Program-made: the position numbers and the translations under genes
From: an uncultured Methanoregulaceae archaeon
Lineage (GTDB): Archaea > Halobacteriota > Methanomicrobia > Methanomicrobiales > Methanospirillaceae
NCBI GenBank assembly: GCA_963737635.1
Contig: CAVTTL010000004.1
Span: 1-19,251, forward strand
Reading direction: 5' to 3'
Length of the DNA: 19,251 bases
Part shown: positions 1 to 9,478 of the stretch, one piece after another
How the letters are laid out: every line of letters begins with the position of its first letter
Position numbering within the stretch: position 1 is the stretch's first letter
Notes under the pieces: model-generated
The model's database searches: none
The model's input: only the letters and a program-made list of their open reading frames with translations
What the model was told of the DNA's origin: nothing

Positions 1-617
1 GCAATTATCTCTGACAGGGTCAGGGTGGTCAGGCCGGAAAAAACCGCTTTTTTATATCCTGATACCGTGCTTCCTTCCTTGCTCATAAACCATTCAATGA
101 GTCCATGGGAGGTATCGAGTTCACGACCGATAATCGATGTGCGGATGGTGAGACACCCGGGGTAATCGACCTCCCCAAGATACTTTGTCTTACCGTACAA
201 ATCTTCAGCATCGGAGGGATCCTTCTCGGAGTAGTATCCTCGTCGTCCCGAGAATACGCAATCGGTACTCATATGAATGAGCCGGATGTTTTTTTGCCGG
301 CAGATTTGTGCAAGCTGGTGAGGGAAGAGCGCGTTGATGGCGATGCTCTGGAGGGGGTCCTGTGCGGAAGGGAGCTGTTTCACGATGCCGATGCAGTTAA
401 TAATTACATCAGGATTTACTTTGTCGATTGCGGCGCGAATGGTCGGTAAATTATCTGCACTTATCTTCCCAAGGATATCAATTTTCGAAAAGATTTGATG
501 AGCTACGAGGACGGATGCACTCCTGCGCACTGTTCCGGTAACAGTATGTTCCCGTGAGAGTACCTGCATCAGTTTATGGCCGAGCATTCCGGTGGCGCCG
601 AAAATCAGGATTTTCAT
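1..617 (-). CDS. RmlD/RfbD-like NAD(P)H-dependent 4-keto-6-deoxysugar reductase (extended SDR, dTDP-4-dehydrorhamnose reductase family); partial, runs off the left edge
   Basis: Absent from the ORF track; translated by hand from ATG at 617: MKILIFGATGMLGHKLMQVLS...DVIINCIGIVKQLP...INALFPHQLA...RLIHMSTDCVFSGRRGYYSEKD...DLYGKTKYLGE...CLTIRTSIIG. It has GxxGxxG, STDCVF and YxxxK motifs. The ATG overlaps the TAA of the upstream GT4 by 1 bp (TAATG). Confidence 0.9.
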   Translation of the reverse strand, partial: MKILIFGATGMLGHKLMQVLSREHTVTGTVRRSASVLVAHQIFSKIDILGKISADNLPTIRAAIDKVNPDVIINCIGIVKQLPSAQDPLQSIAINALFPHQLAQICRQKNIRLIHMSTDCVFSGRRGYYSEKDPSDAEDLYGKTKYLGEVDYPGCLTIRTSIIGRELDTSHGLIEWFMSKEGSTVSGYKKAVFSGLTTLTLSEII

Positions 618-1888
618 TATTCAGTCTCCGGTTTTTTTGAAGAAATATTTACTACGAGTTGTTTTATCTCTGCACTCATTTTACAACTATCTACTTCCTG
701 TTTAATGAGAGTCAGATTTTCCTGTATAAATTTTTCATTCATTTCTTGTGGATCTTCAATAACTTTCATAATACATTCAGCAAGTTTATCGGCATCTTTG
801 ACAGGGCAAAGATATCCATTTTTCCCGTCGATTACCCAATCCCGTATCTGGGGGATATCTCCCATAATGACCGGGCAACCACATGCCATCGCTTCGAGCA
901 TGGTATTGGGCAGTGAATCATTTGAAGAAATTGATATCATCATGTCAGCTGCAGAATAATAATAGGGCATATCTTCAAATTGAAGTTTGTTTAAAAGCGA
1001 ATAGTTTTTTTCAATACCTTTTGCTTTCAGTTCTTCAGTTATGGAAACGTCAACCTCTTCTTTGTTGGCAAAAAGGATAATAAAATGAATATCGGTGTAT
1101 CTCTTTAATACAATCTGACTTGCTGCAATAAGTGTATCAAAATTAAGGTAATCTGCGATTCCTCGTGGCCAGAAAACAATTGTTTGTGCATTTTCAGAGA
1201 TATACTTTTTAGCTAACCCTTTATCGATTGGGTAGAATCGGGAGAGATCTACACCGGGGTATCTTATCAGATAAATATTCTTGGCGGGTTTCCCATAATT
1301 TATGCATGCATTATAAGCTTCCTTTGAATTGACTGTTATTGACGAGGCTCTCCTTACCCCCCGGATGATTATCTGTTTTTTTAGCAGTCGTTCCATACCA
1401 CTCCATTTTGCCCACCAGGTGACATCGCCATTCCAGAATGTAATAATAACAGGTATGGATCTCCGTATCAACAAAATAAGATAACAGGGATACAACAGAG
1501 TCTGGAGAAAAAGAATATCCGGCTGTTTTTCATTGATAGTTTTTTTTAGAATGATGTAATCCCTTACGAGATTCACGAGTTCCCGGATAAATCTATAAAG
1601 AAGTGAAAACGGATATACTACTTTGAATGTTAAAGGATGCCGGGAAAAATATTCCCTTTCTGAATCATGGCAGGATCCGGTCTTTTGAGGAGTTTTTGCC
1701 CCGCTAAGAGGAATTGTAGTTGCACCAGAAAACCGGTAATTATATGTGGACACAACGGTTACATCGAACAATGGATCGTCAACAAAAATCTGAATTCTCC
1801 TTTGCGCGTGAATTGAATAACCCCATGCCAGAAAGAGGATCTTTGTTTTTTTGATCGACTGATACGACTCATGTTCAGATATGGCCAT
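617..1888 (-). CDS. Glycosyltransferase family 4 (GT-B fold), 423 aa
   Basis: Motifs PGVDLSRF, YYSAADMMISISSNDSLPNTMLEAMACGCPVI and DGKNGYLCPVKDADKLAECI are typical of the GT4 C-terminal domain. Confidence 0.9.
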   Translation of the reverse strand: MAISEHESYQSIKKTKILFLAWGYSIHAQRRIQIFVDDPLFDVTVVSTYNYRFSGATTIPLSGAKTPQKTGSCHDSEREYFSRHPLTFKVVYPFSLLYRFIRELVNLVRDYIILKKTINEKQPDILFLQTLLYPCYLILLIRRSIPVIITFWNGDVTWWAKWSGMERLLKKQIIIRGVRRASSITVNSKEAYNACINYGKPAKNIYLIRYPGVDLSRFYPIDKGLAKKYISENAQTIVFWPRGIADYLNFDTLIAASQIVLKRYTDIHFIILFANKEEVDVSITEELKAKGIEKNYSLLNKLQFEDMPYYYSAADMMISISSNDSLPNTMLEAMACGCPVIMGDIPQIRDWVIDGKNGYLCPVKDADKLAECIMKVIEDPQEMNEKFIQENLTLIKQEVDSCKMSAEIKQLVVNISSKKPETE

Positions 1889-1891
1889 GAC

Positions 1892-3859
1892 CTACCTCAG
1901 GTTAACATTCTGCGTGGTTGGAAGGGTGTCCAGCACTTCACGGCACCATAATTCAATGATCATCAGCAACCAGATCTGTGCCCAACTAACCCTGCCCCGG
2001 TAAAATTGCGTTTTGATCCGTTGCACTGTAACAGCATCAAAAAGACCCCTCTTTTGAACAGATTCTGAAGAAAGTGCGTCCTCCATAATGTCATTGAGCG
2101 GACCTTTCAGCCAGAGTTCAAATGGCATACCAAATCCACGTTTTTCCTGAAGGTCAATATCCTGTGGGAGGAGCTCCTTAAATGCATCAATCAGTATCCT
2201 TTTTGCGCCGGTTTTTCTGTACGATTCGTAGGCTGATGATATTTTTGAAATATCCCCTAGTTTGGTGTCGTCCGGCAGGGATAATGCCAGTTCCACAATA
2301 GATTGATCGAGATACGGGACACGAACCTCAAGAGAATGTGCCATGGACACTGCATCAATGTCCCGCAGGAGCTGGTTCTGTGTGTATCCACGGAGAGTCT
2401 CCATCGATACACTCTGGAGAATGGAGGTTCGGGGAGAATCCATAGCATTAAAGATATCTTTTGAATATTCACGTCCCGGATGTACTTCCTTTTTTATCTC
2501 GGACGTGAGAAGACAGGATATATCCCGGGCCGGGAAAACAAGGAAGTATCGTACATATCCCGATAAAAATCCCTCTTGTCTGCGAATATAATCAAATATA
2601 CGGCCCAGATACCCGGTAACCCCTTTGTCAAACGTACTATCCTGGAAAAATCTGGCACACCCTCGGATTACCCGCGCCGTATGAGGGTGATTCCTCCAGA
2701 AAGCCTCTGTTTTTTCCATCTGGATAAACCAGGGATAACCGGCAAATATCTCATCCCCGCCAGTACCGGAGATTGCCACTTTGACGGTTCTGCTTGCAGC
2801 GAGGGATACGAAATATGAATTTAATCCATCAACACTTGGCTGATCGAGTGCTGAAGCAAAATGACGAATACGTGCTGCAACTTCGGACCCGGTTACGATT
2901 ACACGCGTATGATCGGTCCCAATCATATGTGCTATTCTTTCTGCGTCATCGGTTTCGTCTGTAAGGTACGAGCCTCGTTCAAAACCTACAGAGAATGTCT
3001 TTACCGGGCGGTTACAGGTTCGCGCCATTATCGCGACAAGTATAGAGGAGTCCACACCCCCGCTGAGGAATGCGCCAACGGGAACATCGCTCACCATCTG
3101 TTGCCGGACGCAGTCTTCAAGCGAAGTACGAAGAAGCGCTTTGAGTTCTTCATAATTTCTTTCCTTAATTTCCTGTAACCGGGTATCCGCATTTATTGCC
3201 CGGTACTCCTCATCTTTGATAATACCATTTTCAACGATGATGCGATGTCCCGGAAGAAGCATTCGGATACCGGATATAAATGTAAGTGGCTGGGGAATTG
3301 ATCCGTAGGTGAGCAGCAACTGGAGTGCTTCGGGATCAACTTTGGGAGAGATCAATCCGCTTGAGAGTATGCTTTTCATCTCGGATGCAAAAATAAACCG
3401 TGTTCCGCTTTTTGTATAGAGGAGTGGTTTTACCCCGAGCAGGTCACGTGCAAGAACTAAGCGTGGGTTTTTCTTATCTCTCAAATCATAGATTGCAAAG
3501 GCAAATATCCCCTGCATCTGGAGAACGCAATCATCTCCATATTGCTCGTACAGATGAAGTGTGACTTCAGTATCTGAGGTTGAGCGAAACTGATAGCCCA
3601 GTCCTTCAAGGTGCTGGCGTTTCTCTCTGAAATTGTAGGTTTCCCCATTGTAGACAATCCAGATTGTTTTTTCCGGGTTTGACATCGGCTGGTGCCCGCA
3701 CGGGGATGTATCAATAATGGATAATCTTGCCATTCCCAAAGATACATTATCTGAAAAAAATTCGCCGCTATCATCAGGACCCCGGTGATGCATCGCAGCA
3801 ACCATGGCATGTAATGCCTGCTGATTATTTTCACCAAGAATACCGCAAATCCCGCACAT
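1892..3859 (-). CDS. asnB: Asparagine synthase (glutamine-hydrolyzing) family amidotransferase, copy 1; probably modifies a sugar
   Basis: N-terminal MCGICG (Ntn nucleophile Cys2), HRGPD, RLSIID, YNGE, FASEMK, FLSGGVDSS, GTGGDE, MAHSLEVRVPYLD and KRGF. Confidence 0.92.
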   Translation of the reverse strand: MCGICGILGENNQQALHAMVAAMHHRGPDDSGEFFSDNVSLGMARLSIIDTSPCGHQPMSNPEKTIWIVYNGETYNFREKRQHLEGLGYQFRSTSDTEVTLHLYEQYGDDCVLQMQGIFAFAIYDLRDKKNPRLVLARDLLGVKPLLYTKSGTRFIFASEMKSILSSGLISPKVDPEALQLLLTYGSIPQPLTFISGIRMLLPGHRIIVENGIIKDEEYRAINADTRLQEIKERNYEELKALLRTSLEDCVRQQMVSDVPVGAFLSGGVDSSILVAIMARTCNRPVKTFSVGFERGSYLTDETDDAERIAHMIGTDHTRVIVTGSEVAARIRHFASALDQPSVDGLNSYFVSLAASRTVKVAISGTGGDEIFAGYPWFIQMEKTEAFWRNHPHTARVIRGCARFFQDSTFDKGVTGYLGRIFDYIRRQEGFLSGYVRYFLVFPARDISCLLTSEIKKEVHPGREYSKDIFNAMDSPRTSILQSVSMETLRGYTQNQLLRDIDAVSMAHSLEVRVPYLDQSIVELALSLPDDTKLGDISKISSAYESYRKTGAKRILIDAFKELLPQDIDLQEKRGFGMPFELWLKGPLNDIMEDALSSESVQKRGLFDAVTVQRIKTQFYRGRVSWAQIWLLMIIELWCREVLDTLPTTQNVNLR

Positions 3860-3887
3860 TAAAAAATCTGCATCTCCTGTGAATTGT

Positions 3888-4910
3888 TTATTTTAACGGT
3901 TTATGAGATCTCGCTTCAATGCCATTACCTGCCAGGGTAATTTCGATCTTTTCCATGCCGCATCGATGCAGCTGGTCCCGGATCTCTTCTCCTGTGCGAA
4001 GATGTTTGAAACGATCTGTCAGGGTATCGTGGGTGTCGAGCATCGCCCATGTCTTCAGCTGTTCCTGATTGAGCTGGGGATACGAATCGTGATAGTCCAC
4101 GAGAGGTGACAGGTAGATGAAGAGACTTCTCAATCCACGTATCCACGGATTTTTCCTGCGTATTCCGAGAAAACGATGGACCGGCCACAGGAAATTTGTC
4201 AGAACCCTGTTGAACTTCATCGACAATCGCGGATTCATACAGAGGAGGATTGCTCTGATAATTACCCGTGATGGGGTCTCAGGATATCCGTGAGTATAGT
4301 GATCGATGACCAGCAACCCACCATGCTTGACGTATGATGCGAGGGATTCCATGGTCTTTTCTGGATTAGGCGTATGCTGGATTACCCCAATGCAGATAAC
4401 AATATCAAATGTTTCTTGACGAACTGGCAACGAAGTGATATCTGCCTGACACACAAAGTAATTTGGAAATGATCTACAATTTTCATAATTTGCCTCAACT
4501 GCAGTTGACAGATCGGCAGCAAAGACATTCCCCCCTTCTTTTAGGAGAATCTCAGTGAATCTCCCGGCACCACACCCCGCTTCGAGTATGTTTTTTCCCT
4601 GTAGTATCTCAAATGACCCTCCCAGAATACGCTGCAACCGATCTTTCGATATTGATGTCCTGGTAAATGAGTCCAGTTGGGTTTTTTTATATTCGTTCCA
4701 TTGAAGCCCGAAGGAATCGGCATAATTGTTTTGGGGAACGAAACGGGGTATGGAACCGATGATCGGATACCTACACCCGGATTTACACAGATACACCCCT
4801 TTTTCCCGGTCAACGGATAGATCCGTTTTATGGCAAGGACAGATTAATTTCGGATCCGTGTGGGGATTTTCAAGCACATCGTATGTATTACATTTCCAAT
4901 TATTTAACAT
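3888..4910 (-). CDS. Class I SAM-dependent methyltransferase with an N-terminal Trm112-like Cys-rich module, 340 aa
   Basis: ILEAGCGAGRF (motif I), AADLS, QADI and FDIVICIGVIQHTP; the N-terminus reads ICPCHK...YLCKSGCRYPIIGSIPRF. Confidence 0.85.
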   Translation of the reverse strand: MLNNWKCNTYDVLENPHTDPKLICPCHKTDLSVDREKGVYLCKSGCRYPIIGSIPRFVPQNNYADSFGLQWNEYKKTQLDSFTRTSISKDRLQRILGGSFEILQGKNILEAGCGAGRFTEILLKEGGNVFAADLSTAVEANYENCRSFPNYFVCQADITSLPVRQETFDIVICIGVIQHTPNPEKTMESLASYVKHGGLLVIDHYTHGYPETPSRVIIRAILLCMNPRLSMKFNRVLTNFLWPVHRFLGIRRKNPWIRGLRSLFIYLSPLVDYHDSYPQLNQEQLKTWAMLDTHDTLTDRFKHLRTGEEIRDQLHRCGMEKIEITLAGNGIEARSHKPLK

Positions 4911-4918
4911 TCATTTTG

Positions 4919-5980
4919 TCACCGATTGGGGGATTGAATACTTGTTATTGGGACGGGAGTGGGATGGAAGATCTGTATCAATCTGCTCTTCATTATCTTG
5001 AAAGGGATCAGTGGATCAAATCTGATAATAAAGAATAAAAAATTAAAATAATTTTTCATCCGCTTCCCTCTTTGGGTGATACGGAGAGCTCTCCGCTCGA
5101 TATACCATAATGCATCTTCCTTTTCCCGGTTATTCAGGGTATTTTTTTTATTAAAATCCTGCCACAAATCCACTAACAATTGAATTGGGGCGGTATTATC
5201 AAACGAATTTTCCGCCAAATCAGGCTGAAGCAAATTCACGATACTGTCCGGAGAGATCTCTTTTTTTAATATTAGGGTTATTCTCCGGCCTGCATGTTGG
5301 ATTTGGTTCTGAACCTGGGCAGGAAACTGTTTTTCAGAGATATTTTCACGGTGTTTTCTCAAGGTAAGAAGGTATTCAGGAATGTTTGAAAAATGATGAT
5401 CATCCATTGCACGAAGCCACAATTCATAATCCTGCCCGCACCGTGATCCCTCGTTGTATTTGTGCAAATCAAAAATTACTTTCGTTCTGATCATAACTGA
5501 TGGATGGGCAATGGGATTCTCAAAATGTAACTGCCACCTTATTATCTTATCAGATATTGGAGGGGTGAAACTCCCGATCTCAATACCGTGTTCTTCGATG
5601 ATCCTTACCCACGAACCAACAATGTCGATTGATGGATGAGACTCAAGATAGTTAACTTCCTTTTCGAGGCGATCTGGGCTGCAGATATCATCTGCATCCA
5701 TCCTCGCAACAAATTTCCCTTTCACCTGATCCAGACCCAAGTTCAGAGATTTTGTGAGGCCAAGATTTGATCGATTTCGAGTCACGAAAATCCGTGGATC
5801 TGTATAACCCTCTAAAATCTCCCTGCTCCGATCCGTTGAGGCATCGTCAATGATCAAAAATTCAAAATTCACGTTCGTCTGGGCAAGTACGCTGTCGATG
5901 GCTTCCTTAAGGTACTTCTCACCATTGTATACCGACATCAGGACAGAAACTTGTGGTTCTGGGGAATTCATGCGTATCAC
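4919..5980 (-). CDS. Glycosyltransferase family 2 (GT-A fold)
   Basis: VSVLMSVYNGEKYLKEAIDSVLAQT, IIDDASTD, VARMDADD (DxD), HPSVMIR and QDYELWLR. The GTG start overlaps the upstream TGA (GTGA); an alternative start is ATG at 5971. Confidence 0.92.
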   Translation of the reverse strand: MIRMNSPEPQVSVLMSVYNGEKYLKEAIDSVLAQTNVNFEFLIIDDASTDRSREILEGYTDPRIFVTRNRSNLGLTKSLNLGLDQVKGKFVARMDADDICSPDRLEKEVNYLESHPSIDIVGSWVRIIEEHGIEIGSFTPPISDKIIRWQLHFENPIAHPSVMIRTKVIFDLHKYNEGSRCGQDYELWLRAMDDHHFSNIPEYLLTLRKHRENISEKQFPAQVQNQIQHAGRRITLILKKEISPDSIVNLLQPDLAENSFDNTAPIQLLVDLWQDFNKKNTLNNREKEDALWYIERRALRITQRGKRMKNYFNFLFFIIRFDPLIPFKIMKSRLIQIFHPTPVPITSIQSPNR

Positions 5981-7812
5981 AGAGTAAATTCGTGCCGTTC
6001 TGCCCAGAGGGAGAGAACTAGAAGGATCCAGGTTCTGTAGGAATCTTCTTTTGCAATAGGTGTCACACGCTCATATGAAAGAATTCGGAAAATCTTGCGC
6101 TTCCGATCATTCAGGTATAACTCTTTCAATGCCTTGACACTCTCACTTTTCAGCCATTTTTCTACAGGTGCCCCGAATCCCTGTTTTTTTCTCTTCCGAA
6201 TCTGTTCTGACCATAAATGCTCATAACACCTCCGCAGTATAATCTTATCTTCATCCCGTGTAATTTTCAATCGTTCTGGAAGAGAAATACAGAATGACGC
6301 GAGATTAACATCAAGAAATGGCGCTCGCAATTCCAACCCGTGAGCCATAGAAGCCCGGTCTATTTTTACGAGTATATCGCCGGGCATGTAGTTTTCAAGA
6401 TCCATCAGCATCGCATCATTCACCGTATTGGTTTCCCGCCAAGAGGGGGTATTTTCTCCCTGCCGACCCTCCGGAAGAGAGAGACCTAAATCTTTCAATT
6501 CCTGATCCGAAAAAAAACATTCCTTTTGTTCATATGCCTCTTTCACGGAATGAAATGCGACAGCATTCCGGATCCATGCCAGTTCTCTGGTTTCACCTAT
6601 AGCATTCTTCGAATGAACGCAGAGAGAAATTTTCGCGAATAGATACAAAATAGCAAGTTTTGCAAAATTTTTCTCCTGGGTCTCACCAATACCGAGGAGC
6701 GGATAGTACCACCCATACCCTCCAAGGAGTTCATCCCCGCCGTCACCGGTCAGGACAACTTTAAGATGCTCGCGGGAAAGTTTCGCGAGGAGGTACGTAG
6801 GGATGCATGATGAGTCAGCAAAGGGTTCGTCATATACCTCTGACATCGTACCCATTAGATCGGCAATATCGACTTCCCCTGCAGTAAGTTCGTGATGATC
6901 CGTCCCAAATTTTTCGGCAATCTCACGGGCGAAAGGAAGTTCATTGACGGAATCCTCAAAACCAAATGAGAATGTCTGCAAATTCTCGGTGTGTCCGCAT
7001 GCAACCCCGACAATTGTGCTGGAGTCCAGACCTCCACTTAAAAAAGCACCGACCGTAACATCCGCAACGAGTTGTTTTCTAACGGCTTTATCAAACAATA
7101 TCCTGAATTGTTCAACGGCATGATCAAGAGTAAGAGAATTATCGACTGGAGGAAATGTCCAGTAGCGATTGATTTGTAATTCTCCCTCTTTAAGTATTAG
7201 GTAATGAGCAGGGGGGAGTGTGTAAACATTTTCGTATATCGTTGTATTCGGGTAGACATAGAGATACTGAAGATAGTGAATAAGTGAGGGCCTGCTTAAT
7301 TTTGGTCTGACCAGACCGGTCGCGAGGATCGCCTTTATCTCTGAAGCGAAAATAAACTCGCCATTCTCCCCCCACGCATAATAAAACGGTTTCTCTCCAA
7401 ACCGATCCCGTGCGGCGAAAAGCGATTTTCCGGTGTCATCCCAGATTGCAAATGAGAACATACCGGGGAGTTTCTCCAGACATCCTTCCCCATATATTTC
7501 ATAAAGTGCAAGAATAACTTCTGTATCTGATTTTGTATCGAATTGATATTCTGAAAGGGCATCACGGATTTCTTTATACCCATAAATCTCTCCATTAAAA
7601 ACAATTGTTTTTGAGGAAGCAGATGAGGTCATCGGTTGATGACCCCCATCCTGATCGATGATACTCAATCGTGTGTGACCCAGAATGCAGTTCTGGAAAT
7701 ATTTTTTCCCGTTGCCATCAGGTCCTCTATGATGAAGAGATGAAATCATGGATTCCATCTCTTTTTGATAGGATCCTGCATTTTTTATGATAATTCCAGC
7801 AATACCGCACAT
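5977..7812 (-). CDS. asnB: Asparagine synthase (glutamine-hydrolyzing) family amidotransferase, copy 2
   Basis: Start moved from 7824 to ATG 7812 so that the catalytic Cys is residue 2 (MCGIAG). Motifs HRGPD, GHTRLSIID, FNGEIY, RDRFGEKP, FLSGGLDSS, GDGGDE, DRASMAHGLELRAPFLD and KKQGF. Confidence 0.92.
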   Translation of the reverse strand: MCGIAGIIIKNAGSYQKEMESMISSLHHRGPDGNGKKYFQNCILGHTRLSIIDQDGGHQPMTSSASSKTIVFNGEIYGYKEIRDALSEYQFDTKSDTEVILALYEIYGEGCLEKLPGMFSFAIWDDTGKSLFAARDRFGEKPFYYAWGENGEFIFASEIKAILATGLVRPKLSRPSLIHYLQYLYVYPNTTIYENVYTLPPAHYLILKEGELQINRYWTFPPVDNSLTLDHAVEQFRILFDKAVRKQLVADVTVGAFLSGGLDSSTIVGVACGHTENLQTFSFGFEDSVNELPFAREIAEKFGTDHHELTAGEVDIADLMGTMSEVYDEPFADSSCIPTYLLAKLSREHLKVVLTGDGGDELLGGYGWYYPLLGIGETQEKNFAKLAILYLFAKISLCVHSKNAIGETRELAWIRNAVAFHSVKEAYEQKECFFSDQELKDLGLSLPEGRQGENTPSWRETNTVNDAMLMDLENYMPGDILVKIDRASMAHGLELRAPFLDVNLASFCISLPERLKITRDEDKIILRRCYEHLWSEQIRKRKKQGFGAPVEKWLKSESVKALKELYLNDRKRKIFRILSYERVTPIAKEDSYRTWILLVLSLWAERHEFTL

Positions 7813-7877
7813 TGTAATCGTCAATGGTGAAATATAATTTTTTCAAACATCTTTCCCTTACTCGTATATTCAATGTT

Positions 7878-8756
7878 TTATTCGTTAAGGATAATCCATT
7901 CTTTGGGTATTCGATTCTCAATATCAGAATTGTATGTTGATGCGAACCATCTGTTCGGGGCAATTACTATTTTTTGTGGGCATCTTGACAACCATGCACC
8001 CCACCAGCTGAATGAACTGTTGGCAATAATATGATGCCGGCAATGCATCATCAGCCGAAGATCCTCATAACTTTGTCCGCCGGAGTTATGGGAAATATAG
8101 GTAACCGGAGCATTCGGAGCAACATGCCGCTGTGCCCAGTCAGGATCATCCGAAAAGATAAAAAATTCGGGGTCATTAACTTTTTTCATCACGTGGGTCA
8201 ATGCCTTCGTATAATATTTTTCATCACAAACATAATGGATCCTGCGTGTTTCAGGATTGCTGACATAATCCCCTCTTCGGATGTGCACACTGACTGAATT
8301 ACAATTCCCTATCTTCATTAAAAGTTCCTGATTAATTATGGAGGGTGGATCAACAAATGAGAGTTCATTTGAAATGAGATTAGAAATTTCTGCAAAATAC
8401 CTTTCACTCTGCCAGTAGCCATCAAGATAGACCCGATCTGGAAGAGATAAAACCTCTTCATGAAAATCGGGCGTCTTTTCTCTCACATATTGCCATACTG
8501 TATTTGCCGAAAGAAAATTTCTGATTCCAAGACACACAGAATCTTTTCGAGAAAATGGCACCTGTTTCAGTAAATCCGGAGGAGCGATTGCTGCATTGAT
8601 TCTAAAGTGGTTAAGTTCGCATTCCCGCAATGATTCTGATTCAAACCCGGTTACATCCAGAAAAAGATCGGTATTATGAAAACAGGCAAGCCTCCTTCCC
8701 GCAGCGTACTGGAACATCTGGTTGCCTAGACCACCGATCAATTTTACAATAATCAT
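7878..8756 (-). CDS. Glycosyltransferase family 11 (alpha-1,2-fucosyltransferase-like), 292 aa
   Basis: GGLGNQMFQYA, YLDGYWQSERYF, SVHIRRGDY, FSDDPDW and HHIIANSSFSWWGAWL are the canonical GT11 motifs. Confidence 0.93.
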   Translation of the reverse strand: MIIVKLIGGLGNQMFQYAAGRRLACFHNTDLFLDVTGFESESLRECELNHFRINAAIAPPDLLKQVPFSRKDSVCLGIRNFLSANTVWQYVREKTPDFHEEVLSLPDRVYLDGYWQSERYFAEISNLISNELSFVDPPSIINQELLMKIGNCNSVSVHIRRGDYVSNPETRRIHYVCDEKYYTKALTHVMKKVNDPEFFIFSDDPDWAQRHVAPNAPVTYISHNSGGQSYEDLRLMMHCRHHIIANSSFSWWGAWLSRCPQKIVIAPNRWFASTYNSDIENRIPKEWIILNE

Positions 8757-8763
8757 CGGGAAT

Positions 8764-9474
8764 CTACCTTGTTTTTAGAGCATGCACGTGAAATCCATAA
8801 TTCAGCAGATCCTTTGATCCATGATCATTTCTTGATGATCGTTCCAAGGATCGTAAAAGCCAGGATTGCGCGATTTTATCAAATAATCCAAACCTGACTG
8901 CACCTTCGGTATAATTCTTTTCAATTTCTGGAAGCCTGCGCAGCTCCTGTGCGAGAAACTCAAAGAAATTTCCGTTTTCGGTTAGTTCAATAATATTGAA
9001 ACCATTATCCGCGAGATGTTTTTCGTAAAAATACCGGTTATATCCTGAGTAAAAATGATAGGGTGCCATGTGGGCAAGACTACAGAAAGGTGCGGTGAGG
9101 ATCAGGTGCCCGTCGGGTTTGAGTAACCGGCTGAACTCCTTAATGGCCAAAATGGGTTCGGGTAGGTGTTCAAAGACTTCGATGCACATGATCGCATCAA
9201 AGGATGCATCCGGTTCAGGAATGGTGGTGATATCAGATACAATATCGAGATTTGAGGTCTCCCATTTTTTGGTTTGCAGAGCTTTCCCATCTCCTTTCCC
9301 GTCATATTGTGCAAAATCCTGACTTATGTAGTTGAGGTGAGTGCAGAATTTTTTGTATTGTTGTTCCCCTGCACCGGCATCAAGGATCCGGGAACCAGGA
9401 TGAATTTTTTTCAGAGTCTCTTCAAGCCAGACTTCGCGAGTTTGCTGGTTTTTTGTGCCTACCGTATAAAACAT
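8764..9474 (-). CDS. Class I SAM-dependent methyltransferase (Methyltransf_11-like), ~236 aa
   Basis: RILDAGAGEQ, SFDAIMCIEVFEHLP and RLLKPDGHLILTAPF. ATG 9474 is preferred over the track's start at 9513 because it lies just past the upstream stop at 9479 and removes the overlap. Confidence 0.88.
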   Translation of the reverse strand: MFYTVGTKNQQTREVWLEETLKKIHPGSRILDAGAGEQQYKKFCTHLNYISQDFAQYDGKGDGKALQTKKWETSNLDIVSDITTIPEPDASFDAIMCIEVFEHLPEPILAIKEFSRLLKPDGHLILTAPFCSLAHMAPYHFYSGYNRYFYEKHLADNGFNIIELTENGNFFEFLAQELRRLPEIEKNYTEGAVRFGLFDKIAQSWLLRSLERSSRNDHGSKDLLNYGFHVHALKTR

Positions 9475-9478
9475 TAAA

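Noticed and set aside
1892-7812. The two asnB genes as a recent tandem duplication or as housekeeping asparagine synthetases
   Set aside because: They match only at family motifs and differ widely elsewhere, and their position among glycosyltransferases favours sugar amidation.
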